54,289 nt of DNA from a virus (taxonomy: Duplodnaviria; Caudoviricetes), in the IMG/VR virus record IMGVR_UViG_3300038317_000129, positions 1 through 54,289 of that record, one strand, 5' to 3'. Below are positions 43,055 through 52,256 of this stretch, piece after piece. The translations under genes and the position numbers were made by a program. Under the pieces are notes generated by a model. The model worked only from the letters and a program-made list of their open reading frames with translations, searched no databases and had not been told where the DNA came from. Numbering within the stretch: the first letter of the stretch is position 1; the number at the start of each line of letters is the position of its first letter.

Positions 43055-44314
43055 ATGAACACACAAAGATTAGAACAGGTACCCATTGATAAGCTGGTGC
43101 CCTATGCCCGGAACGCCCGGACGCACAGCAGGGAGCAGATTGCACAGCTGAGAAGCTCCCTGCGTGAATTCGGATTCGTTTCTCCCGCGGTCATTGACCA
43201 CGACTATAACATTCTTGTCGGCCACGGCAGAATCAAGGCCGCCCGCGAGGAAGGCTATGAAACCGTTCCCTGCGTATTCGCCGAGAACCTTACGGACGCG
43301 CAAAAGCGGGCGTATATCCTTGCCGACAACCAGCTGGCGCTGAATGCCGGATGGGATGAGGAAATGCTGTCGGTCGAATTATCCGACCTGCAGGATAGCG
43401 CATTCGACCTCTCGCTTCTCGGCTTTGATGAAAAGGAGCTTGAGAAATTACTGGGCGGCGCAACCGATAAAGACATCGAGGATGACGACTTCGACCTGAG
43501 TGCCGCTTTGGAAAAGGCATCCTTTGCAGCGCCGGGCGACATCTGGACAGTCGGACGGCACAGGCTGATGTGCGGCGACGCCACCTCCGCCGATGATGTG
43601 GCAAAACTCATGGACGGAAAGCGTGCAAACCTCATCCTGACCGACCCGCCCTACGGCGTTTCCTTCAAGGCATCGGACGGCTTGACCATCCAGAACGACA
43701 GCCTGAAGGGCGAGGATTTTTACAATTTTCTGCTCTCGGCTTTCAAAAACATGGCGGACCATCTTGAAAAGGGCGGCGCGGCCTATTGCTTTCATGCGGA
43801 CACCGAGGGGCTGAATTTCAGAAAGGCATTCATTGATGCCGGGTTTCATTTGGCAGGCGTCTGCATCTGGGTGAAGAATTCCCTGGTGCTGGGACGCTCG
43901 GATTATCAGTGGCAGCACGAACCTGTGCTTTACGGCTTTCTGCAAAACGGCAGGCACCCGTGGTACGCCGACCGCAGGCAGACCACCATCTGGAATTATG
44001 ACAAGCCAAAGCGGAACAAGAATCACCCAACGTCAAAGCCGCTTGACCTGCTGGGCTGCCCGATTCAAAACTCCACGCAGGAAAATGCCGTCGTCATCGA
44101 CACATTCGGCGGTTCCGGCTCCACGCTGATGGCTTGCGAGCAGCTGAACCGCACCTGCATGATGATGGAGCTTGATCCGAAATACGCATCTGTCATTCTC
44201 CGCCGGTATGTGGAAAACACATCCGACACGGGAAATGTGTATGTAGTCCGAAACGGCAAAAAGCTGATGTATACAGACCTTGTCAAGGAGGTGGAACTGC
44301 CGGATGAAACTTAA
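43055..44314 (+). CDS. ParB-domain N4/N6 DNA methyltransferase
   Basis: PYARNARTH ParB-like N-terminus; TDPPY; HPTSKP; DTFGGSGST. Confidence 0.9.
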   Translation: MNTQRLEQVPIDKLVPYARNARTHSREQIAQLRSSLREFGFVSPAVIDHDYNILVGHGRIKAAREEGYETVPCVFAENLTDAQKRAYILADNQLALNAGWDEEMLSVELSDLQDSAFDLSLLGFDEKELEKLLGGATDKDIEDDDFDLSAALEKASFAAPGDIWTVGRHRLMCGDATSADDVAKLMDGKRANLILTDPPYGVSFKASDGLTIQNDSLKGEDFYNFLLSAFKNMADHLEKGGAAYCFHADTEGLNFRKAFIDAGFHLAGVCIWVKNSLVLGRSDYQWQHEPVLYGFLQNGRHPWYADRRQTTIWNYDKPKRNKNHPTSKPLDLLGCPIQNSTQENAVVIDTFGGSGSTLMACEQLNRTCMMMELDPKYASVILRRYVENTSDTGNVYVVRNGKKLMYTDLVKEVELPDET

Positions 44315-46235
44315 CCTGACGCTCGGCAGTCTCTTTGACGGTTCGGGCGGATTCCCGTTAGGCGGCTTGATTTCCGGGATTACCCCTCTGTGGGCATCGG
44401 AAATTGAGCCGTTTCCTATTCGGGTAACTACCAAAAGGATGCCATTCATGAGACACTGCGGCGATGTGTCCGTTATTAACGGCGCAGAACTTCCTCCCGT
44501 GGACATCATCACCTTCGGCTCGCCCTGTCAGGACATGAGTATTGCGGGCAAGCGTGAAGGTCTGGACGGCAACCGCTCCGGGCTTTTCTATGAAGCCGTC
44601 CGAATCGTAAAAGAAATGAGGTGTGCAACCGATGGAAAATATCCCCGATACATTGTCTGGGAGAATGTCCCCGGCGCGTTCAGTTCAAACAAGGGTGCGG
44701 ACTTCCAGTCCGTCCTCGAAGAAATCTGCTCGGTCAAGAGATACAAAATTGATACTCCTCGACCTGCGAAGTGGCCGACCGCCGGAGAGATTTTGGCAGA
44801 CGATTTCAGTCTCGCATGGCGGGTATTTGATGCGCAGTACTGGGGAGTGCCCCAGCGCAGAAAACGCATCTATCTTGTCGCAGATTTTGCAGGCGGATGT
44901 GCCGGAAAAATATTATTTGAGTCCGAAGGCGTGTCTGGGTATACTCCGCAGGGCTTCCGCTCGTGGCAAGGAACTGCCGGAACTGCTGAAAAAAGCACTG
45001 GAGCGGCAGGCACAATCTGCTTAAACGACCAGGGCGGAAGCCGCATGGATGTAACGGACGGCGTCACCTGCACCCTGCGGGCAGAGGCGCATCATCCGCC
45101 ATGCGTAATGGAATCGGCAGGCTTTTGCACCGAACATTCCGCACACAGCCGTTCAATCGGCTATGAAGAGGAAAAATCCCCTACGCTCCGTGCCGGAACG
45201 GTTCCTGCGGCGGTTTTTGAAAATCATTCACAGGATACACGCTACACAGGCCCGCTTGATGTGGCACAGACAGTACTTTCTACTTACGGCACGGGCGGAA
45301 ACAACCAGCCGCTCGTGGTGGAAACCTCAAAGACGCTGAAAATCCGAAGTGGCTGTGAGGGCGGCGGCAAGGGAGCCTTAATTCAGGAAAACAAATCCGC
45401 AACGCTCTCCTGCAACAATGACCAGACAGTGTTTGTGCCGTTTGTGAAAGGCACCCGTCCGCATGCTCCCGATGAGGGTCAGCAGTGGAAAAATTCCGAT
45501 ACGGCGAACACGCTGAACACACACGATGTCGGAGAATCACGGTGCAACGAACTGGCGGTCAAGGTTTATGGCATCTGCTCCAAGCAGAGTCACTCCATGC
45601 TGTCGGATAATCCTCACAGCGGTTTCTATGAAGCGGAAACTTCACGGACTCTGGATTCCGGCGGCGGCAACCCTGCCTGCAATCAAGGCGGCATGGCGGT
45701 GGTGTCGGTGCAGGGTTCCATGATTGGAAGATCCGACAAAAACGGCCCTCAGGGCAGCGGCGTGAATGAAGATGTGTCTTTTACGCTGGACGCCGCCGAC
45801 CGTCACGCTGTGGCATACTGCATGACCACCGGCTCCTATGCTCAGGCATTAAAGGAACAATTCCCAACGCTGATGGCGCGGGATTTTAAAGACCCGCCTG
45901 TTGTCAACGAAACAGAGCCTTGCTACATCGTCCGCAGGCTGACACCGACCGAGTGCGCAAGACTGCAGGGATTCCCGGACTGGTGGTGCAGTGACCTTGG
46001 TACGGAAAATCCGACTGCTGAGGATATTGCATTCTGGACGGATGTGTTTGAAACGCATCGGACGGTTATGGGGACATCCTCAAAGCCGAAGACCAGAAAC
46101 CAGATTATCAAATGGCTGAAAAATCCGCACTCCGATTCCGCTGAATACAAGATGTGGGGCAACGGCGTGGCGCTTCCCAACGTGGTGTTTGTGCTTTCCG
46201 GCATTGTGTATTACGCACAGCTTGAGGGCGAATAA
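44304..46235 (+). CDS. Phage DNA (cytosine-5) methyltransferase with long variable region
   Basis: SLFDGSGG, GSPCQD, ENV, PQRRKR, RRLTPTECARLQGFPD, GNGV. Confidence 0.9.
   Translation: MKLNLTLGSLFDGSGGFPLGGLISGITPLWASEIEPFPIRVTTKRMPFMRHCGDVSVINGAELPPVDIITFGSPCQDMSIAGKREGLDGNRSGLFYEAVRIVKEMRCATDGKYPRYIVWENVPGAFSSNKGADFQSVLEEICSVKRYKIDTPRPAKWPTAGEILADDFSLAWRVFDAQYWGVPQRRKRIYLVADFAGGCAGKILFESEGVSGYTPQGFRSWQGTAGTAEKSTGAAGTICLNDQGGSRMDVTDGVTCTLRAEAHHPPCVMESAGFCTEHSAHSRSIGYEEEKSPTLRAGTVPAAVFENHSQDTRYTGPLDVAQTVLSTYGTGGNNQPLVVETSKTLKIRSGCEGGGKGALIQENKSATLSCNNDQTVFVPFVKGTRPHAPDEGQQWKNSDTANTLNTHDVGESRCNELAVKVYGICSKQSHSMLSDNPHSGFYEAETSRTLDSGGGNPACNQGGMAVVSVQGSMIGRSDKNGPQGSGVNEDVSFTLDAADRHAVAYCMTTGSYAQALKEQFPTLMARDFKDPPVVNETEPCYIVRRLTPTECARLQGFPDWWCSDLGTENPTAEDIAFWTDVFETHRTVMGTSSKPKTRNQIIKWLKNPHSDSAEYKMWGNGVALPNVVFVLSGIVYYAQLEGE
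44632..45024 (+). CDS. Overprinted +1-frame ORF, M.EcoHK31I beta-subunit-like
   Basis: GAGGTG RBS 8 nt before ATG; LSQIL...VPEKYYLSPKACLGILRRA..RGKELP..L..AL. Confidence 0.6.
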   Translation: MENIPDTLSGRMSPARSVQTRVRTSSPSSKKSARSRDTKLILLDLRSGRPPERFWQTISVSHGGYLMRSTGECPSAENASILSQILQADVPEKYYLSPKACLGILRRASARGKELPELLKKALERQAQSA

Positions 46236-46272
46236 TCCGGCAGCTATTCTACAGCAAAATGTGCGGGAACCG

Positions 46273-46305
46273 CTTGCTATTCCATGCTTTTAGAGTGATA
46301 TATGT
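46273..46305 (+). promoter_or_regulatory. Conserved 33-nt promoter motif
   Basis: CTTGCTATTCCATGCTTTTAGAGTGATATATGT. Confidence 0.6.
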
Positions 46306-46334
46306 TACTACCAAATAGAAAGGTGGTAACGTTC

Positions 46335-46619
46335 ATGCAAAACGAAAGTTTTGAAAAAGCAGTGGAAAGTTTCATGGCACAGCGGATTGCCGACTGCGGA
46401 ATGCGCGGCAGTGACAGCCTGCAGGAAGCTTATCGGCAGTTTGAGCAGGCGGTGCGCACATTAAAATCCGTGCTTACCCCCGAACAAGCAAAAGCGTTTT
46501 TGAAATTGGAGGACGCGTATTCACTGGTTGACGGTGAAACGACAAACTGCTATTACCGTGCCGGATTTTCCGATGCGGTGCAATTTTTACTTGGATGGAG
46601 GGATGGAAAATGGAAATAA
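46335..46619 (+). CDS. Small hypothetical protein (DUF6809-like)
   Basis: LTPEQ...LEDAY...YRAGFSDA. Confidence 0.65.
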   Translation: MQNESFEKAVESFMAQRIADCGMRGSDSLQEAYRQFEQAVRTLKSVLTPEQAKAFLKLEDAYSLVDGETTNCYYRAGFSDAVQFLLGWRDGKWK

Positions 46620-47344
46620 GGTTCAATCGAACGGGCGCGGAGCGAAAAGCACTGGTCGCGGCAATCGGAGAGATTTTGGAAATGAAACCGAAATACTGTG
46701 GAATGCCGAGCGCGTCCTATCGTATCGGCGCTTTTAATGTTGACAAAAGCGGAACGGTTTCCTTTGATGAGCGGCAATGCGGCGCTGATGCTGAAAACCT
46801 CCTCCATGCCCTTGCGGACAGGGGTTTCACCGCCGAAAGGCTGCCCGACACTGCCGCAGAAACAGAGGGTGGGAACATATCCGAAAGAGCGGACGAAGCC
46901 GCAGAAAATGCGCCGCAGGGCGAAACGTCGGGGCTTACAGTGACGGTTCCGAGAGATACCCTTTCGGATACGGCCATTGAGAACCTAAAAAGAATTGCGG
47001 CTTCCAAATCCGCTTTGCTGAAAAAGGCGCTCGGAACAGACAGCCTTCGGATTGAAGTATCCGATGAGCAGGTGTCCTTCCCCTGGTTCGCACAGACGGA
47101 TGGGGATTCTGTAAAGGCATATACCCACCTTGTTGCGGCGCTTTGCGAAATGGCAAGGCACGCCAAGCGTGTAACTGCCACAGAAAAAGAAACCGAAAAC
47201 GAGAAGTACGCATTCCGCTGTTTTCTCCTCCGGCTGGGATTCATCGGAACGGAATACAAAGCAGAACGAAAAATCCTGCTGAAAAACCTCACGGGTTCCT
47301 CAGCGTTTAAGAATGGAGGTGCTGACCATGCGCTTTCCGAGTAG
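46610..47344 (+). CDS. Phage 'virulence-related' hypothetical protein
   Basis: G.ERKALV.AI, FPWF, ENEKYAFRCFLLRLGFIG, LTGSSAF. Confidence 0.75.
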   Translation: MEIRFNRTGAERKALVAAIGEILEMKPKYCGMPSASYRIGAFNVDKSGTVSFDERQCGADAENLLHALADRGFTAERLPDTAAETEGGNISERADEAAENAPQGETSGLTVTVPRDTLSDTAIENLKRIAASKSALLKKALGTDSLRIEVSDEQVSFPWFAQTDGDSVKAYTHLVAALCEMARHAKRVTATEKETENEKYAFRCFLLRLGFIGTEYKAERKILLKNLTGSSAFKNGGADHALSE

Positions 47345-47723
47345 AGAAATTGTCGAGCGTGTGCGCAAAGAATATCCCGCCGGCACGCGCGTGGAGCTTA
47401 TAAAAATGGATGACGTGCAGACCCCTCCCGCCGGCACAAAAGGCACGGTTATGGGCGTGGATGATACCGGCTCTCTTCTCATGAGATGGGACAATGGCAG
47501 CGGTCTGAATGTGGTTTACGGCGAGGATATCGTAAAGAAGCTCAATACCGTCACGACTATCTGCTGCAGGGAGAAAAAGGTATGGGATTCCCGCAAGGAA
47601 GCCGCCGATTTTTTCCTTGAGGCTATCGCAGGCTCGGAAGGTGCGGAATGCGAACGCTATACCACCATCTACGCCAAGTTGGTATCGGGACTGGAGGTGT
47701 GCAGCGATGACGCAGACAATTAA
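47328..47723 (+). CDS. DUF4314 protein
   Basis: YPAGTRVEL..MDD...P.GTKGTV.GVDD.G...WDNGSGL. Confidence 0.8.
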   Translation: MRFPSREIVERVRKEYPAGTRVELIKMDDVQTPPAGTKGTVMGVDDTGSLLMRWDNGSGLNVVYGEDIVKKLNTVTTICCREKKVWDSRKEAADFFLEAIAGSEGAECERYTTIYAKLVSGLEVCSDDADN

Positions 47724-47886
47724 GGAGCAGATACTCGAAATCCGCGACACGGGGCTTACAAATATGTTTGATGTGAACATGGTGCAGAGACTTGCCTATG
47801 AGCGTGATTTTTACGAACTGGTTACATGGCTGGAGGAACACCGAAAGGAATATGTCCGTTTCATTCTGACTGGCGAGGAGGAGTAA
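47707..47886 (+). CDS. DUF5049 protein
   Basis: QILEIRDTGLTNMFD...Y.RFILTG. Confidence 0.8.
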   Translation: MTQTIKEQILEIRDTGLTNMFDVNMVQRLAYERDFYELVTWLEEHRKEYVRFILTGEEE

Positions 47887-47937
47887 TATACACAATTCCC
47901 GCAGCGGATATTCGGCACATATATTTATCGGAAATGA

Positions 47938-47970
47938 CTTGCTATTCCGGGCGTTCAGAGTGATATATGT
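47938..47970 (+). promoter_or_regulatory. Conserved 33-nt promoter motif
   Basis: CTTGCTATTCCGGGCGTTCAGAGTGATATATGT. Confidence 0.6.
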
Positions 47971-48011
47971 ACATGCCGAAAGGCACATAACACTTTTCCA
48001 GGGAGGAACCC

Positions 48012-48179
48012 ATGATGGATTACAGGCAGATGATTCGAGAACAGCTTGGCGAAGGCTGGCACTTTATCAAAGCATACAACGCTTTTGAAAACGGTGAGAT
48101 GCGCATCATTGCGGCGGACGAAACCGGACGGGAGCACCGCTGCATTTTGGTCGACGGGAAGCTGACCGAGAAACCGTAA
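48012..48179 (+). CDS. 55-aa hypothetical protein (not in ORF track)
   Basis: GGAGG RBS; MMDYRQMIREQLGEGWHFIKAYNAFENGEMRIIAADETGREHRCILVDGKLTEKP. Confidence 0.6.
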   Translation: MMDYRQMIREQLGEGWHFIKAYNAFENGEMRIIAADETGREHRCILVDGKLTEKP

Positions 48180-48192
48180 GGAGGACGCGGCC

Positions 48193-48435
48193 ATGTGGAG
48201 CGAAGGCATTCTCACAGGCCCGGCAACGGGCAATAGGTACAAATACTGGGTAAAGCACTACGAAGAGCCGAGCGAGGCGTTCGGCATCGACGGCGGCAAA
48301 ATAAGCAAACTCACCATCCGCAAGCTGAACGACAACCGCGACGTCGTGAACTACGACAGGGGCTGGGACGTGCATTGTCCCGACGATTACGAGGTCAAGG
48401 CGGTATACGCCGCCATCCTCGAAAAGTACAACTAA
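48193..48435 (+). CDS. Conserved phage hypothetical protein
   Basis: MWSEG..YWVKHYEEPS..GIDGGKISKL..NYDRGWD. Confidence 0.75.
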   Translation: MWSEGILTGPATGNRYKYWVKHYEEPSEAFGIDGGKISKLTIRKLNDNRDVVNYDRGWDVHCPDDYEVKAVYAAILEKYN

Positions 48436-48545
48436 CCACGAAAACAGCAGAGGACACCCCATACGGGGCTGTCTCTCGTACAGATAAATTTTGAAGGACT
48501 GCCGATGGCGGTCTATTTTTATGTCCGGAAAGGAGGCGGTGCGCC

Positions 48546-50147
48546 ATGCGAAAGCTGAAGAAATACAAGCCTACCAGATTCATGGCAAAAACCTCGCGCT
48601 ACGATGAAAAAGCCGCGGATTACGCCGTCCTGTTCATTGAATCCCTCTGCCACACCAAAGGCACCTGGGCGGGCAAGCCCTTTGAGCTCATTGACTGGCA
48701 GGAGCAGATTGTGCGGGACATCTTCGGTATTTTGAAAAAGAACGGCTACCGGCAGTTCAACACGGCATACATCGAGATACCGAAGAAACAGGGCAAATCG
48801 GAACTGGCGGCCGCGGTTGCGCTGCTCCTCACCTGCGGCGACGGCGAGGAGCGCGCCGAGGTGTACGGCTGTGCCTCCGACCGGAATCAGGCGAAAATCG
48901 TATTTGATGTTGCCGTGGACATGGTGCGCTTTTGTCCTGCGCTTGCCAAGCGCGTGAAAATACTGGAATCGCAGAAGAAACTGGTGTATAAGCCGACCAA
49001 CAGCTTCTACCAGGTGCTTTCGGCGGATGTGGCGAACAAGCACGGCTTCAACACCCACGGCGTGATATTCGATGAACTGCACACCCAGCCCAACAGAAAG
49101 CTGTTTGACGTCATGCTGCAGGGCTCCGGAGACGCAAGGATGCAGCCGCTGTACTTTCTGATTACGACGGCGGGCAATGATACAAATTCTATCTGCTATG
49201 AGGTGCATCAGAAAGCCCTGGACATCCAGGCAGGACGCAAGGTCGACCCCACCTTCTATTCCGTGATTTACGGTGCGGCGGAAAATGAGGACTGGACGGA
49301 TCCGGAGGTCTGGAAGAAAGCCAACCCTTCCCTGGGCATCACGGTCGGCATCGACAAGGTGAAAGCTGCCTGTGATTCCGCAAAGCAGAATCCCGGCGAG
49401 GAGAACGCGTTCCGTCAGCTGCGTCTCAATCAGTGGGTGAAACAGTCGGTGCGCTGGATGCCGATGGATAAGTGGGACGCCTGCGCATTCCCGGTCGATG
49501 AGGAAAGCCTTGAAGGCCGCGTCTGCTACGGCGGCCTTGATCTCTCCAGCACAACGGACATTACGGCTTTTGTTCTGGTGTTCCCGCCGCAGGATGAAGC
49601 GGACAAATACAGCGTCCTTCCGTACTTCTGGATTCCGGAGGAAACGGTCGCTCTGCGTGTCCGCCGTGACCATGTTCCCTATGACTTATGGGAGCGGCAG
49701 GGACTTATCATGACCACGGAAGGCAATGTCGTGCATTACGGCTACATCGAGAAATTTATTGAGCGGCTCGGAGAGCGTTTCAATATCCGGGAGATCGCTT
49801 TTGACCGATGGGGTGCTGTGCAGATGGTGCAGAACCTTGAGGGCATGGGCTTTACGGTCATTCCGTTCGGGCAGGGATTTAAGGATATGAGTCCGCCCAC
49901 CAAGGAACTGATGAAGCTGGTGCTGGAAGAGAAAATCGCCCACGGCGGTCACCCAGTTCTCAGATGGAATATGGACAACATCTTCATCCGCACCGACCCC
50001 GCCGGCAACATCAAGGCGGACAAGGAGAAATCCACAGAGAAAATTGACGGCGCGATTGCCACGATTATGGGGCTTGACCGTGCCATTCGCTGCGGGAACG
50101 ACACGGGTGAAAGCGTATACGACACCAGAGGGCTTCTGGTGTTTTGA
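48546..50147 (+). CDS. terL: Terminase large subunit
   Basis: IPKKQGKS Walker A, IFDELH, ITTAG, GLDLS, KIDG. Confidence 0.95.
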   Translation: MRKLKKYKPTRFMAKTSRYDEKAADYAVLFIESLCHTKGTWAGKPFELIDWQEQIVRDIFGILKKNGYRQFNTAYIEIPKKQGKSELAAAVALLLTCGDGEERAEVYGCASDRNQAKIVFDVAVDMVRFCPALAKRVKILESQKKLVYKPTNSFYQVLSADVANKHGFNTHGVIFDELHTQPNRKLFDVMLQGSGDARMQPLYFLITTAGNDTNSICYEVHQKALDIQAGRKVDPTFYSVIYGAAENEDWTDPEVWKKANPSLGITVGIDKVKAACDSAKQNPGEENAFRQLRLNQWVKQSVRWMPMDKWDACAFPVDEESLEGRVCYGGLDLSSTTDITAFVLVFPPQDEADKYSVLPYFWIPEETVALRVRRDHVPYDLWERQGLIMTTEGNVVHYGYIEKFIERLGERFNIREIAFDRWGAVQMVQNLEGMGFTVIPFGQGFKDMSPPTKELMKLVLEEKIAHGGHPVLRWNMDNIFIRTDPAGNIKADKEKSTEKIDGAIATIMGLDRAIRCGNDTGESVYDTRGLLVF

Positions 50148-50166
50148 GGAAGGAGCGTGATGAGAA

Positions 50167-51582
50167 ATGAGTATATTTTCGGGACTGTTCAAATCAAGGG
50201 ACAAACCTGAAAACAGGACTTCGGGCAGCAGCTATGCCTTTTATCTCGGCGGTTCTTCCTCCGGCAAGCTGGTGACCGAGCGCTCTGCGATGCAGATGAC
50301 GGCGGTGTATGCCTGCGTGCGCATCCTGTCGGAGGCGATTGCGGGGCTTCCCCTCCACCTCTATCGTTACAAGGAGGACGGCGGCAAGGAAAAAGCCATC
50401 AGTCATCCGTTATACCTTCTGCTCCATGACGAGCCGAATCCGGAGATGAGTTCATTCGTGTTCCGTGAAACGCTGATGACTCATCTTTTGTTATGGGGAA
50501 ACGCCTATGCCCAGATTATCCGCAACGGCAAAGGACAGGTCATTGCCCTGTATCCGCTGATGCCGAATAAAATGACGGTCAACCGGGACACGAACGGACA
50601 GCTGTATTACCAGTACCAGCGGTCGTCCGATGAGGCGCACACCATGAAGGGCAGTATGGTGATTCTTCAGCCTTCCGATGTGCTGCATATTCCGGGGCTT
50701 GGCTTTGACGGGCTGGTGGGCTATTCGCCCATCGCAATGGCAAAGAACGCCATCGGGCTTGCGATCGCCACAGAGGAATACGGCAGCAAGTTCTTCGCCA
50801 ACGGCGCGGCGCCGAGCGGTGTCCTGGAGCATCCCGGGACTATTAAAGACCCCAGCAAGGTGCGTGAAAGCTGGCAGCAGACCTTCGGCGGCTCGGCGAA
50901 CAGCAACAAGATCGCCGTGCTGGAGGAAGGCATGAAATACACGCCCATCTCCATTTCACCGGAGCAGGCGCAGTTTCTGGAAACACGCAAGTTCCAGATT
51001 AACGAGATCGCGCGGATCTTCCGTGTGCCGCCGCATATGGTCGGCGACCTGGAAAAGTCCAGCTTCTCCAACATTGAACAGCAGAGTCTGGAGTTTGTGA
51101 AGTATACGCTGGACCCGTGGGTCATCCGCTGGGAGCAGTCCATTCAGCGCCGTCTCCTGACTCCCGATGAAAAGAAAGCCTATTTCGTGAAATTCAATGT
51201 GGAGGGCCTGCTCCGCGGCGACTACGCCAGCCGCATGAACGGCTACGCCACGGCAAGGCAGAACGGCTGGATGTCGGCAAACGATATCCGGGAACTGGAG
51301 AACCTCGACCGCATCCCGAAAGAGGACGGCGGCGATCTGTATCTCATCAACGGCGCCATGACCAAGCTTGCCGATGCCGGCGCTTTCGCCGGTACAGACA
51401 ACAACAGAGAGGAGGAACAATCCGATGAATACCAATCTACAGAACCAGAATCAGCACCAGACGCGGGTACAGAGTCTGAAGTCCGCATCAGAAAACGGGC
51501 GCGAAATGCCGGCGGCGGCTCGCCGCTTTTGGAAGTGGAAGAATCAGACGGGCGAAGAGCCGTCCGCAGAGCGGGTTCTTGA
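50167..51582 (+). CDS. HK97-family portal protein
   Basis: VYACVRILSE.IA.LP, LLWGNAYA, IARIFRVPP, FSNIEQQ. Confidence 0.93.
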   Translation: MSIFSGLFKSRDKPENRTSGSSYAFYLGGSSSGKLVTERSAMQMTAVYACVRILSEAIAGLPLHLYRYKEDGGKEKAISHPLYLLLHDEPNPEMSSFVFRETLMTHLLLWGNAYAQIIRNGKGQVIALYPLMPNKMTVNRDTNGQLYYQYQRSSDEAHTMKGSMVILQPSDVLHIPGLGFDGLVGYSPIAMAKNAIGLAIATEEYGSKFFANGAAPSGVLEHPGTIKDPSKVRESWQQTFGGSANSNKIAVLEEGMKYTPISISPEQAQFLETRKFQINEIARIFRVPPHMVGDLEKSSFSNIEQQSLEFVKYTLDPWVIRWEQSIQRRLLTPDEKKAYFVKFNVEGLLRGDYASRMNGYATARQNGWMSANDIRELENLDRIPKEDGGDLYLINGAMTKLADAGAFAGTDNNREEEQSDEYQSTEPESAPDAGTESEVRIRKRARNAGGGSPLLEVEESDGRRAVRRAGS

Positions 51583-52237
51583 ACTGTACGGCACGATTGC
51601 CGAGGAAAGCTGGTTTGATGACGATATCACACCGGCTGCGTTCCGCGCGGAACTTTTCGCGGGAAGCGGCCCCATCACCATCTGGATCAATTCACCCGGC
51701 GGAGACTGCATCGCCGCCAGCCAGATTTATACCATGCTGATGGACTACAAGGACGATGTGACCGTCAAGGTGGACGGCATCGCGGCGTCCGCGGCTTCGG
51801 TCGTGGCGATGGCGGGAACCAAAGTGCTGATGGCGCCCACCGCCCTGATGATGATTCACAACCCGGCAACGATGGCGTTCGGCGACCACGCCGACATGGC
51901 AAAGGCAATCGATATGCTCTCCGAAGTCAAGGAAAGCATCATCAACGCCTATGAAATCAAAACGGGGCTTTCCCACGCACAGCTTTCACACATGATGGAC
52001 GACACCACCTGGATGAACGCCAAAAAGGCCATCGAACTCGGCTTTGCGGACGATATCCTGACGGATGAAAAGCGCGGATCCGCAGCGGACACCGAGGGAT
52101 ATGCGTTCTCCGCCTCAGCGGTGGAACGTTCCCTCATGAATAAGCTTTCCGGCAAAGCCTTCCGCAAGCCGGAAAAACAACCCAAAGGGCGCCCGGTCGA
52201 TGAACTGAAGGCGTCCCTTTACAAAAAACTGCTGTAA
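51425..52237 (+). CDS. ClpP-like head maturation protease
   Basis: INSPGGD, GIAASAAS, MIHNP, TWM.A..A..LGFAD. Confidence 0.9.
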   Translation: MNTNLQNQNQHQTRVQSLKSASENGREMPAAARRFWKWKNQTGEEPSAERVLELYGTIAEESWFDDDITPAAFRAELFAGSGPITIWINSPGGDCIAASQIYTMLMDYKDDVTVKVDGIAASAASVVAMAGTKVLMAPTALMMIHNPATMAFGDHADMAKAIDMLSEVKESIINAYEIKTGLSHAQLSHMMDDTTWMNAKKAIELGFADDILTDEKRGSAADTEGYAFSASAVERSLMNKLSGKAFRKPEKQPKGRPVDELKASLYKKLL

Positions 52238-52256
52238 AGCAAGGAGGATTTTTATC

